Shown here: one piece after another, positions 11,421 through 23,710 of the stretch
How the letters are laid out: each line of letters begins with the position of its first letter
Position numbering within the stretch: the stretch's first letter is position 1
Source of the DNA: Octopus bimaculoides
Taxonomy: Eukaryota
Direction of reading: 5' to 3'
Assembly: GCF_001194135.2 (NCBI RefSeq)
Contig: NC_068994.1
Coordinates: forward strand, 5,573,356-5,637,355
DNA: 64,000 nt
Translations under genes and position numbers: made by a program
Notes under the pieces: generated by a model
What the model was told of the DNA's origin: nothing
The model's database searches: none
What the model saw: the letters and a program-made list of their open reading frames with translations, nothing else

Positions 11421-14400
11421 TTATTTTATCGATCTTGGAAGGACGAAAAGTAAAATTGACGTACACATTCGCTCGCGTATTAACACACACACATATCTGT
11501 AAATATATACACAAACACAAAAGAAAACATTGAATAAAAACTCAAATACAGGAAATACAGAGAAATATTTATTCTTTCAAGTTGACAGTAACTTCGAAGG
11601 TTAATTAATTCTTCTCAAATAACAATGACAAAGTGAAGAAATGAAAGCTTGCCGTTTATTTATGTACAGATCAGTGTTGTTTAAGCTGTAAGAATGTGAT
11701 ATAATGAGTGACAGGGAATTGTGATGACAAAGTAATGAAGTCCCAATACAAGTGAGGTTGCCTCTAATATGAGAAATAGGAGATATGGTGATACATGGTT
11801 TAGACGGTAGGGAGAATTGAGTATGCTCGGGAATGCTTAATGTTTATGCGTTTAATGTCTTCCTAACAATTTATGAAGACATTATACAGATCGTCTTGAA
11901 CTGAAAACGGCTTTAGTTTGAAATATAGAATATCAGATAAAACAGAAAATATTTGAAATTATGTAAGATTCAGGTGGTTTACAGATTAATATTTCAAACA
12001 AAATATTAATCTTACGTTTAAAATCTTAACATCACAAGGTGTAATTAAGGTAAAGATTATTTTTCAAAGGATTTCCACAATACCTTTCTCTCATAAAACA
12101 TTGGATTTTGATAAGTTAACAGTATAATAATTTATGTGGCTATCAGGTTTATTATAGTTATTTTCAGAGACATCAATATAAATAGCCACATGATCTCCTA
12201 TTTATAGCTAACCGACTGGAAACAGCTAGACCAGGGTTCACAAATTATTTTTTCACAAAATATATTTGCGTGCTTCATATTAAAAGGAAAAAAATCAGAA
12301 TGGGTACGGTTTAGACTTGGCCAAAATCACGAATAAATAATGAGACACTAAAGAATTATGAGAAATAAGTTCACGGTAAAATAACGGGTAAATTAAGGTA
12401 CATATTCAAACTAATTACTAGACACAAAAGATATATTATTATTTGTTGTTTTTGTTAATTTTACTGTAAGTAATTTGAGAAATGTTGTTTGAAATAAACA
12501 ATTTGCATGTTGAATGTGAATCTAGTGGTGTTCCACCTAGTGGCAGAACTACTACAGTGGCACATAATTGCAAGGTATTGGTTTTGAGGAATTGCTAATT
12601 TATTCCAAGTAGGGAACATTGTCTGTATGTCTGTATGTGTGTGTGTGTGTGTGTGTATATATCTACATTTATATTTCTCTTTATGTGAATGTGTGCAAAT
12701 GTTTATATAAACATAAATGCAAGCATGTGTATATATAAACATATATGTATGCATGTATATATATAAACATATATGTATGCATGTATATATATATATACAT
12801 ATATATATANNNNNNNNNNNNNNNNNNNNNNNNNNNNNNNNNNNNNNNNNNNNNNNNNNNNNNNNNNNNNNNNNNNNNNNNNNNNNNNNNNNNNNNNNNN
12901 NNNNNNNNNNNNNNNNNNNNNNNNNNNNNNNNNNNNNNNNNNNNNNNNNNNNNNNNNNNNNNNNNNNNNNNNNNNNNNNNNNNNNNNNNNNNNNNNNNNN
13001 NNNNNNNNNNNNNNNNNNATATATCAACATATGTATTCATGCAGAATATATACATACACATAAATATATACGTGTGTGTATACCTATATAAACATATATG
13101 TATGTGTGTGTATGTCTGTGTCTGTGTGTTATATAACAAATAAAGGAATGGCGATATCGTTATCACATTCACTGCTCAGTTATTTTGTTACGATCGTTTC
13201 AGTAATAAGTGTTACAGTTAGACCATTTAACGCCCTCGAACATATTAACAATGATTATGGATTATTATGTGCTATTAAAAGAGAACTCGAAGCTGTCATT
13301 TCATCATGTCATTCAAACAGTGTAATACGATTGTAGATGGATAAGCATAGTAATAATTACAATTAGTGAAAGGACTTAGAATGTCTTAGAGAGAAAGTAA
13401 CTCGTTTGACATACTAGAAAGATGTGTGCAGTAAAGATATTAAATACACAAAAAGCTAATATACAAATAGATACTATCGATTGTGTCACCAAATCCACAA
13501 ACACAAAAGAGCAAAGGATGGATAATGTACTGTGCATTCTAGATAGAAGAGAGGTTATCCAAATATGAGTAGCAGCAAACAGAGATTTCCAAAGGGAAAT
13601 TTATGAGGTCAGTGGGGTGAGTCACGATGAACACGATAGAAGTAAATAGGAGAGAGAGAGTAAGAGAGAGGGAGAGAAAAGAAAGAAGAACAGAAGGAGA
13701 AGTAAATATTCTCGTAACTATAGCATTAGTAGCAATACAACCAATAATTCTTCACTAACTAGTAAACCTGATAGTATGTGTAACTTTAGGGATCGATATA
13801 GTTGCCCTTTTAGTAACCACAGTTTACATATAAATTTAGTATAGAAATGTTCCCACAATACACCCGATGAAACATACTGCTATATAAGTGCTTCAGCGTC
13901 AATATTCAAATCTAACTGGAGTAACCATTTACATTCTTACAATAATAAGTGCAAGTTACATAATACGTAAATAGCGAAATTTACTCCACATCTTAAATAT
14001 AGAAACATTAATTCCTTTATTTCCGGCTCAGTGTAGAAAGGGTGGTATCAGTTGCAATTTGTGTTGAATGGAGGCACTTGAAATCCTAATATGTAAGTTT
14101 GGACTCGTGAATAAATCTAATGACTTATTAATCCGCAATTAAATATTTCATTTAGCTAGCTTACATAAAATTATTTCTATCTATTGCACTTGAATTTTCA
14201 TTGTTACTATGATTTTTCTGTGAAATATTTCCATACTTATATTCTAGCAACCATTTTTAATCATTTGTAAAGGCATTAAGTATTTCGAGAATATTAATCA
14301 ACCGATTATTATCTCATTCTTATGTGTCTTAATGATTCCCACTTCAGTGTTTTATAATCATTTATTGATTCTGTATATTATAATAATTATATTGTTTTAC

Positions 14401-17139
14401 AATTTTATAATTAATACTCTGGACAGAATGCTAGGCGATATTTCTTCCACTTTTACGTTCTGAGTTCAAATTCCGCCAAAGTTGGCCTTGCCCTTCATCC
14501 TATCAGGGTCGATAAAATAAGCACCATTTGAGCATCAGCTGATGTTACGGATTTGTCCTTTTCCCCTAAAATTTCTGACTTATACCAAAATTCGAAGCCA
14601 TAATTATGTTATTAATATTACATTGTCTTAATATTATATTATCTTATTACATTTTGACTCAGTTTACAATTCGATTTGATGGGACATGAATCAGCCACTT
14701 TAATATCAAGTATTAATTTTATTTTTAAAATTCTCCATAGATCTTTTCTCATATATTCTTTTCCTTCTCTGTCCTTCTCTTTCCCTTGCTTCTCTTTATC
14801 TACCCATCACTTTGTTATTTCTGATGTTCCTCCTGACTTAACTCCCACCCCGCTAAATATCTCTTTTATAATATCTCTGGGGTTGCTGCTACTCATTTGT
14901 GAATACCTTCCCTTCTGCTCAGAATACGTACTACATTATCTCCCCTTTGTCTCGTTTGTGTCTGTGGCGTTGGCATTACAATCAATAATATCAAGTTGTA
15001 AATGCGCCTTCCTATCTATTTAATAGCTTTAACTCGGTAATGCAAAATAGTGTTTCCCTATGGCGTCCTAAACTCCTCCCATTAATTCTATTTATAATTG
15101 TGTTTGTCTCATGTACAATCGCATTACACTGATTCAAAGCCGTGATGAAATGACAGCTTTGGGTTTTCGTTTAATATCGTATGAAGCCCTATGACCCTAT
15201 GTTTATATATATTTATATTCTAGCACGTTAAAGGATCTAAATATCTCACCTGTTATAGAAACGAACGTAACAGGATAATAAATGTGATATCAATATCGTC
15301 ACTTCTTTATTTGTTTTATTTTACATTCTGTCAGTTTGCTTTCCACGAATTTCAAAGACTTATGACATACCTGATTGTTTTTCTCCTTTATACATCCCGT
15401 TAGCCTAGAGTTCGCCTGAGTCCTGACTGGAGTCGTCACCTGGATCTCACGAATTTCACTGTACTTACTCTGTGTGTGTGTTTTATGTATGTGCGCACAG
15501 ACACATACAACTCACTGAAACTTAATAATTTGATGGCTTTAAATGAAAATTATGAGGAACAAGTAAAAATATGTAAATTCATAGATACTGGGACGCTAAC
15601 CGCGTCTAAGACGAAGCAATTAAATAAATGCATTCAATATTGGAACTGTTCTAGCTTTTAAGTTGTGGATAGATTATTTGGTATCATAGAATATTATGTG
15701 TGTGATATGATTACTGAATTGCAACGCTATGATACTTTAATGAGTCGTTAATATTTAATGGGTGTGAAATGTTGCTTTTAGTAAAAATCAATTTTATGTC
15801 AAAACGTCTTTCAATATGGGGTAAAGGTTAACATTAGAACATATAAAAATTAATGGAAGTGAAGAAATATACTCGTGGTCGTTCTAAAAATCTACACGAT
15901 GGCACTAATTCAAAGTTAGATGGTGGGTGGGCGTTAAGAATAATATTTCATAGGTTTGTGAGGTGTACATCTGGCAATGCTTTTCAATCGTTAATGTAAT
16001 GTTTGTCGAAGAATAGACTTGTTTCTGTTTACAATGAAATAGCAGGTTGGTTGACTGAAAGTTTCAAATATGTCTCGATGCTTCCGTTTATCTGTTCTAG
16101 TGTGTAAAGGCGTGAGCATGATTATCTTTTTTAATGAATTAGCTGTTAATCCTTTTTGTGAAGCTGAAATCTACTTCGTGTTGACCGTGACGCAATTAAC
16201 TATTTCTTTCACCTTGCAGTTACATTTAATTGGACTGTTGATATTTTATTTAGATATAATCTGGTTGAGAGGGATTTTCTGGGGTTTTTTCTTGCTGATA
16301 TCTGTGCAAAGTTCTGCGTGACGAAGTATGATATTTTCACAATCATTTGATTAACAACATTGTGGAATTTGTATTTTACAGAAAAATGTTAAAAGTAGTT
16401 AATAATTGTGAGGTGGTCCTGAGGAATTTATCAATAGTTAATAATAATAACAGCTCACCAGGCTGGTATAACCTTCATTATACTAATGGGAATTCACGTT
16501 ATGACTTTACGATGTATGATCCAACAATAGCGTTAACCTGAGCAGAATACTCTAAACACCTCCTAAGGTGAAAGGTCACAACATTTTCTTCTTTATTACA
16601 AAAAAAAAATTGGCATAGAAAATCAAAGACTTTTTTGCTGGTAAGATGATGTCAATGTTCATATTGTTGATAGGTGTTATTCAATTTTTGTGGTAGAACG
16701 CAGATATACGAATGAGCTTAGCAGTTGAAATGACTTCATCTTTTGTACCAAGTAGAAATATATTGTCACTTTGTTATCCTGAATTGTGCCAAACTGTTGA
16801 ATTACTGAATATTTATTATTCCAAAATGGTAGATGTGATATAAGCTTCATCGCGAGGAAAAATAAACGCTAATATTTTTTTTAAAGTAAGTGTTATACTA
16901 CTTTTTATTATTATTAACACATCTGACTGAAAGACAATATGTAAAATTAGATTTATGAGCTTTAGTAGTATTGCAGACAATTTTTAGTATTAGCATTGAT
17001 ATTGTTTTAAAGGCCCTATTTTTAAATATATATTAGTTATTAAGTTAGAGATAAACCTGTGGTCGACTTTAGTCATTCACCGATCTATCTGAATAAATTA
17101 TGGCGCCTCTAATGATATCAGTATTAGTGCTAAGTACAT

Positions 17140-17400
17140 AACCACCGAGGAAAGTAAAGATAATAGGGGAAGAGCAACGAGGTTTTCGAGAGCATTGATG
17201 AGCATCGATGAGAATAAACTGATTGGCTTATTTGGAGAGACTTTCCCGTTCACTATTGCAAGTTCTACTTGCTTACGATTAGGGTGGAGAGCTAGGTGAG
17301 AGGCTAGAGGGGGCAGAGCTCCAATAAATTTGTTTAAAGGAAGATGACTTTGGGAAACGAAGTCCCAGTGACTAGAACTAGTTTCAGCATAAGCTTGTAG
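17140..17400 (-). mobile_element. Possible ancient LINE reverse-transcriptase relic
   Basis: Minus strand gives NKPISLFSSMLINALENLV, resembling NYRPISLLSxxSKxLEKLV; multiple stops and frameshifts nearby. Confidence 0.3.
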
Positions 17401-17612
17401 CCCGAGGAAAGCAGCTGAACAGGGTAATCAGGATATAATCTTCGACCAATAGGGTTCCGTGATTGTCTATAGAAGGTGCTTCTCCTTTTCGGATATTAAC
17501 ATGTAATATACAGTGCATTCCATCAGATTTCATTTTATACGATTTCAAGAGACTTTGAATAGATTCTGTCTGCTATGTCACACTTGAAGTAATAATAAAG
17601 AAATTTATAATC

Positions 17613-17632
<20 letters not shown>

Positions 17633-17682
<50 letters not shown>
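17633..17682. repeat. (TAG)n microsatellite
   Basis: Seen directly. Confidence 0.95.
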
Positions 17683-18379
17683 TATCGAGGTAGGATTTTA
17701 TTTTTCTGTCTCATGAAAATATAGAAGGATATGTTCTTTTTGTTACTGTTATCTTTTTTTGAAATTTTCATAATATAGATACAAATATATGCATACATAT
17801 ATATATANNNNNNNNNNNNNNNNNNNNNNNNNNNNNNNNNNNNNNNNNNNNNNNNNNNNNNNNNNNNNNNNNNNNNNNNNNNNNNNNNNNNNNNNNNNNN
17901 NNNNNNNNNNNNNNNNNNNNNNNNNNNNNNNNNNNNNNNNNNNNNNNNNNNNNNNNNNNNNNNNNNNNNNNNNNNNNNNNNNNNNNNNNNNNNNNNNNNN
18001 NNNNNNNNNNNNNNNNNNNNNNNNNNNNNNNNNNNNNNNNNNNNNNNNNNNNNNNNNNNNNNNNNNNNNNNNNNNNNNNNNNNNNNNNNNNNNNNNNNNN
18101 NNNNNNNNNNNNNNNNNNNNNNNNNNNNNNNNNNNNNNNNNNNNNNNNNNNNNNNNNNNNNNNNNNNNNNNNNNNNNNNNNNNNNNNNNNNNNNNNNNNN
18201 NNNNNNNNNNNNNNNNNNNNNNNNNNNNNNNNNNNNNNNNNNNNNNNNNNNNNNNNNNNNNNNNNNNNNNNNNNNNNNNNNNNNNNNNNNNNNNNNNNNN
18301 NNNNNNNNNNNNNNNNNNNNNNNNNNNNNNNNNNNNNNNNNNNNNNNNNNNNNNNNNNNNNNNNNNNNNNNNNNNNNNN

Positions 18380-18411
<32 letters not shown>

Positions 18412-19039
18412 TAAATCCTCTAAAGGTCCACAAGTCAGGAAAAAGATGCATACATATATCTGTCAATAGAGTGGGTATATTATCCGAAGTGTAGATTATC
18501 ATATATTCACTGCGGCAAATCTAACAATCCAGGTTGCGGTTCTGTGAAAATAGATGATGCATCGAAACAAATAAGGGATTAAGTTAAGAGTTATGTCCCT
18601 TGGCTCCAAAACATCACCACTAGGTTGGTTATACTGCAAGTCGGTAAGAGTTATCTTGAAGTGTTTGTGGGAATTGTGTGCGTCCTTACGGCAAGTGTTC
18701 TTGTGGAAATTGTATATGTGTAGTGCTACCATATGCATTAATTTTGCTGGGGTGTAGACATAACTGCAAACTGAATCTGTTCATTCACCTCCAACAGTAG
18801 AGATCGGTCGCCATATTTCGTACCATATCAGCCACCTCTGATGAGCGTAAGGTTATATCGGTGGATTGTTACCTCACACCTCGTCGTATCCCTAGAGCGA
18901 AACCGATAAGTAAGATCGACCGTAATGGAAAAATAATACTTAACAAATAATGATGTTTGTGTGTGCGCGCGTGTGAGTGTGTACATGTACATGTATATAC
19001 ATACATACATACATACATATCTATATGGTTTTTTGTATA

Positions 19040-19070
<31 letters not shown>

Positions 19071-19071
<1 letters not shown>

Positions 19072-19118
19072 AGCCTTGTGAGTGGGATTGGTTGACGGAG
19101 GCTGAAAGAAGCCCGTCG

Positions 19119-19174
<56 letters not shown>

Positions 19175-19410
19175 CACGTAGAGAGAGATAGTTATAGATA
19201 TATATATATGTCTGTGTGTGCGTCTGCGTTTGTCCCCCAAACATCGCTTGACAACCGATGCTGGTGTGTTTACGTCCCCGTAACTTAGCGGTTCGACAAA
19301 AGAGACCGATAGAATAAGCACTAGGCTTACAAAGAGTAAGTCCTGGGGGTCGATTTGTTCGACAAAAGGTGGTGCTCCAGCATAGCCGCAGTCAAATCAC
19401 TGAAACAAAA
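19071..19410 (+). mobile_element. SINE family E, 3' two-thirds with internal (CA)n
   Basis: AAGCCTTGTGAG...GAAAGAAGCCCGTCGTATA[microsatellite]...GGTGCTCCAGCATAGCCGCAGTCAAATCACTGAAAC, homologous to 40011-40413. Confidence 0.9.
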
Positions 19411-20613
19411 AAAGATATATGTTTGTGTATGTGTGTGTATCTGTGTGTGTGTGTGTGTATGTGTATACATACATGCATATACAATTTTAATTATCTCTTT
19501 CCATGATGGACATATTGATATAAACATCTCTATATTTATGCATAAAAATTCATCATCTGAAAGATTCCACCTTTTGCTTTCTCTTGTTTTGCATGTATAC
19601 ATGTACACATATTTTTCCATTTGGTGTACTGAATATATTTAATATATGCGATGTGTCTAATTTGTTTATCCGCTCGACTTGATCTCTCTTATAAGTCATT
19701 CTTTAACTTGTGGAATGTTCCCCTGTAAAGACATCGGAGTCTAAGCTTCTATCTTTTGAGCACTACTAAGTGCCTTCTATACAGAGAATCTCTGGATCTC
19801 ATCTGCAAACAATACATGCATATATGTCTGCGCACGCGTGTGTGTGTGTACTTACATGTGATCGAACAGGCCCTAAGGAGGCTGGTGTTGGTGTATGTCA
19901 GCAATACTGATAATATATAGTAAAATCGATTTTTAAAAAAACTGCAATGATCGTACCGTGGTGAATGGATGATCCAACGTTTCGGAAATATTCCTTCTTC
20001 AAAGAAAAGTTGAATGGAAAGAAGTTAATTATACACAACAGGATTCTAGATTCTCTAAGTTAAAAACCTGGCTACAGTTGATAAGGAGCACAAGATATTG
20101 TGGATTTCATACTCGATCAATTAGTGATAGAGTAAGCAAGTTTAATGAATTCAGGTTAGCTGAAAGAATACTTGGCATCATGCCAACGATAGATATATTC
20201 TTCTAATCTTACATCTCTTAATTCATTAAACCCTTTCTTCGTTTTCAACTGTCCCTTCTAATTTTTTCTTTTCAACTGACTCTGAAATTTGACCACTTTT
20301 TCTTACCATTCCATTCCTCTTTCTTTCTACATTCTAACATTGTGTCTTTTACAACGACTTCTTGTTCACGTTTTATGGTTCTAAATTCGTTACCAGTTGC
20401 TGCCTGTTTTCTTTTCCCTTCTTTTTTATTTTTGTTTTTTATTCAGAGAATGTAAAACTCTGATGTCTCTCATTAATTTCTCTTGTTTTAACTTTTCACC
20501 TGACGAAGGACTTTGCCCAAAACGTTGGATTTTCCACACCCCACTGCAATTTTACTGCACAACTTATTCCTTACTCACATCTGTGTGTGTGTGTGGTGTG
20601 CGTGTGTGTTTGG

Positions 20614-20656
<43 letters not shown>

Positions 20657-20719
20657 ATATGTATATGAACACACACATATACATGCATTCAAGCATGCAC
20701 ACGCACTAANNNNNNNNNN

Positions 20720-20752
<33 letters not shown>

Positions 20753-20896
20753 GATATATATATTTATATATTTATGTATATGTAGATATATATATTTATA
20801 TATTTATGTATATGTGTATATATATATATATATATGTGTGTGTGTGAATGTATATGTATATATATATGTATATATATATGTATATGTATGTATGTA

Positions 20897-20942
<46 letters not shown>

Positions 20943-21066
20943 GATATATATATTTATATATTTATGTATATGTATATATATATATATGTGTGTGTGTATG
21001 TGTGTATATGTATATATATATGTGTGTGTGAATGTATATGTATATATATGTATATGTATGTATGTA

Positions 21067-21138
<72 letters not shown>

Positions 21139-21154
21139 AAAAGGAGGTAACATC

Positions 21155-21718
21155 TCACAGTATCGTGGATGACATCTTGGAACGTTCCGTGTCATAAAAC
21201 GAATTACTATCCTCCGTATAATGATAATGGCAGCCACCTTGATAAGCTATGGTGCTACTAGCAGTAAGACCTGTAGTAATACTACCACTGCCCTGCCCGA
21301 CACTAGTGCCACCGACACCCCCAGCACCGCCACCAATCTCACCACCTCCAATGCGATGCCCACCCTTGGCGCAACCACCGCAAGCTTTGTCCTGGTTCGT
21401 GCCACAAAGCCCCTTTTTTCCGATCCGTCCCAAACGATTTGTGTTGGAGCTCATATACTGGTCTCTGCTCCGACACCTGCGGAGCACTGACATGGAAGCT
21501 GCTCGGAATTTGGTGGAAATCAGGTTATAGATGATAGGGTTACAGGCACTGTTGAAGTATGTTAGCAGTCGAACCGTATGCAGGATGTTGAGGTACGACA
21601 CGAACGGCAAAGACTTATGTTGTTCATAAGGAGCGTAGATCTTCCACAGAATCAGGATCCGCAATGGCACCAGGCAGAGAAAGAACATGGTAACCACGGT
21701 GGCCAGTATGTAGACGAC
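21155..21718 (-). CDS. Class A peptide GPCR (ETH-receptor-like), coding exon 3: TM6, TM7, C-tail, stop
   Basis: Acceptor CTCTTTTGCAG, phase 0; [20 protein letters not shown] (TM6), [19 protein letters not shown] (NPxxY and helix 8); TGA at 21157-21155. Confidence 0.95.
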   Translation of the reverse strand, partial: VVYILATVVTMFFLCLVPLRILILWKIYAPYEQHKSLPFVSYLNILHTVRLLTYFNSACNPIIYNLISTKFRAASMSVLRRCRSRDQYMSSNTNRLGRIGKKGLCGTNQDKACGGCAKGGHRIGGGEIGGGAGGVGGTSVGQGSGSITTGLTASSTIAYQGGCHYHYTEDSNSFYDTERSKMSSTIL

Positions 21719-21840
21719 CTGCAAAAGAGTTTAAAATAGATGTATAAACCTTGAAATTATCATTCTCACTCCCACCACCACCATTCGTTTTCGTCGTCCT
21801 CGTCATCGTCATCATCATTATTCCTATCAAACAATTTATA

Positions 21841-22257
21841 AAGTTATAGAAGTGATTTTAAATTCTCAAACGCAGGGCAATGCTAATAATATAGCCTGAA
21901 CAGGATACGATACCCCTATTTTGCAGAAAAACGTGTAGGCGGCCAGCTATGAGACACGAACTCACACCTCCGTGATAACGCGTCACGGTGTTCTAGACCG
22001 ATTAAGCTAAACTGCCCCACCACAATTTTTTTTGAAAACTTGAGATGTATAGAAATCTCGCTTTATGAGACGCTATCATACGTTATATTCAAATTACGAT
22101 GAACGTAAACAAACAAACGAAGTTTGCATTTAGAAGCGTTGAGATGTCTTAGAAAGTTAAAGAAATGATTTTAAATTCTCAAACGCAGGATAATGCTAAT
22201 AATATGGCCTGAACAGGATAAGCTATCCCTATTTTGCAGAAAAAAGTGTAGGCGGCC
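21841..22257. repeat. ~104-bp direct repeat pair (21841-21944 and 22154-22257) in a GPCR intron
   Basis: Both copies read AAGTTA.AGAA.TGATTTTAAATTCTCAAACGCAGG..AATGCTAATAATAT.GCCTGAACAGGATA...CCCTATTTTGCAGAAAAA.GTGTAGGCGGCC. Confidence 0.9.
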
Positions 22258-22675
22258 TATTCAGAATAGATAAGCATGTTAGGAGGAAGAAAAAAAAAAG
22301 GTATTAGTCTTATGGATTGGGGTAGTCTAAAGGATTGGGCTTCTAGTAGCTGTCGTATAGCACAGAAATACGAATTAATTCGGTCTTCCGTATAACATTC
22401 TACATGTCATTGGCAAAGCAGTCTCAAAGATAGCTTTCTTTATTCTGTTTTTGCAAAATTAGAGACAATTTACTATTTGCTAAGTTAGTTAAAAAAGAAT
22501 TTCCCGAATTAGTTGAATAGATGTTCTCTTGATAATGAAATGTTTACAATTAACAATTTCACTAATGTCACACAGAAAATGGAATATAAATTTAGCAATT
22601 GCTTTTACCTGTGAGATATAAAATAAGTAAAAATCAAAGAAAGTTAATCAAAGTCTTGGTCAAAGACCAATATAC

Positions 22676-23109
22676 CTGCTTCCGTGACTTCATCGAAGCA
22701 CAATTCTTTCTAGTGTCGGCTGCTCCCTGAAGAGTCTGACTGAGCAAGGTGCAGATGATTCGTAGATAGAGAATAATCAGCAGGAAAAGTGGGAGAATAA
22801 AGAACAGCAAAAGAATCACCCATAGATAGATATGCTGCCATATCAAATGGATGTCATTAATGCAGATATATCCTTCACTGCCATCATGGAATGACGATTC
22901 TTTCAGCTCTGAAGTCAGCAGGAAAGGAAAACACACTAAGGCAGCCAATAACCATATTGCCAAAATCACTTTTGTGACCCGGGAGCCGCTGAACATGCTG
23001 TAGTTTAATAATGGATGACAGATTGCAAAATATCGCTCCAAGCTGATGGCTATGATAGTTAAGATGGTTGTACTGGTGCTCAGGTTTTCCAGGAAGTACA
23101 CAAACCTGC
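22676..23109 (-). CDS. Class A peptide GPCR coding exon 2: TM3-TM5, ICL3
   Basis: Acceptor TTATATTGCAG, donor AAGCAG/GTATAT, 434 nt phase 1-0; (C)RFVYFLENLSTSTTILTIIAISLERYFAICHPL with ERY motif, TM4 Trp and ECL2 Cys. Confidence 0.95.
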
Positions 23110-23594
23110 CTGCAATATAAGACAAATAAAGACGTTGATAACATTGAATTATATGAGTAAATGTGTCCACGTATGAACATAAATGGATGTGCATATAACT
23201 CCCAGTGCTTGTAGTGAAGGGAATTTGTCTCGCCGCTACCGATGTAAACAAGCTTTGCATTTTGTACCAAAAGCCAATATGAGAGTTATGTATTGTTGTT
23301 AATTTCCATTTAGATACATCATAACACATACGTTATATAGATTTATTACAGATTTTGATGGCATATATCTTTAATAATTAATGATATACATCACCATACA
23401 AACACGCTATACGTCATTAAATATATAGTATCACATATTGTACACCAACCATGAATCCCTTGTCCTTTATTTTCAGACATTGCGTATGTAGTATATTGTA
23501 AAAAGTGAGTCTTTTCTTTATTTTTACAAATATGCAACTTGAAATTTTGACTGCTATTTCTACTAGGTCAGATAAACACAAAGCAGCAACCTCA

Positions 23595-23710
23595 TTGATT
23601 GTGGTTTCGATTCCTGGAACTGGCAAACACTTGAGCCAAACACTTCATTTCACATTGTTCCAGTCCACTCAGCAGGCAAATATGAGTCATCCTGTGATGG
23701 ACTGTCACAA
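23595..23710 (+). mobile_element. SINE family C fragment in a GPCR intron
   Basis: GTGGTTTCGATTCCTGG B-box then CACTTCATTTCACATTGTTCCAGTCCACTCAGC. Confidence 0.7.

Noticed and set aside
18838-18913. CTGATGA-GC...GC-GAAA...GTA
   Set aside because: Stem II is only 2 bp around a long unstructured loop, stem III is mismatched and stem I is 2 bp.
22634-23329. Treating the 231-aa ORF as a stand-alone gene
   Set aside because: Residues before RFVYF and after SRKQ are intronic; canonical splice sites join it in frame to the 26.2-kb and 21.2-kb exons.
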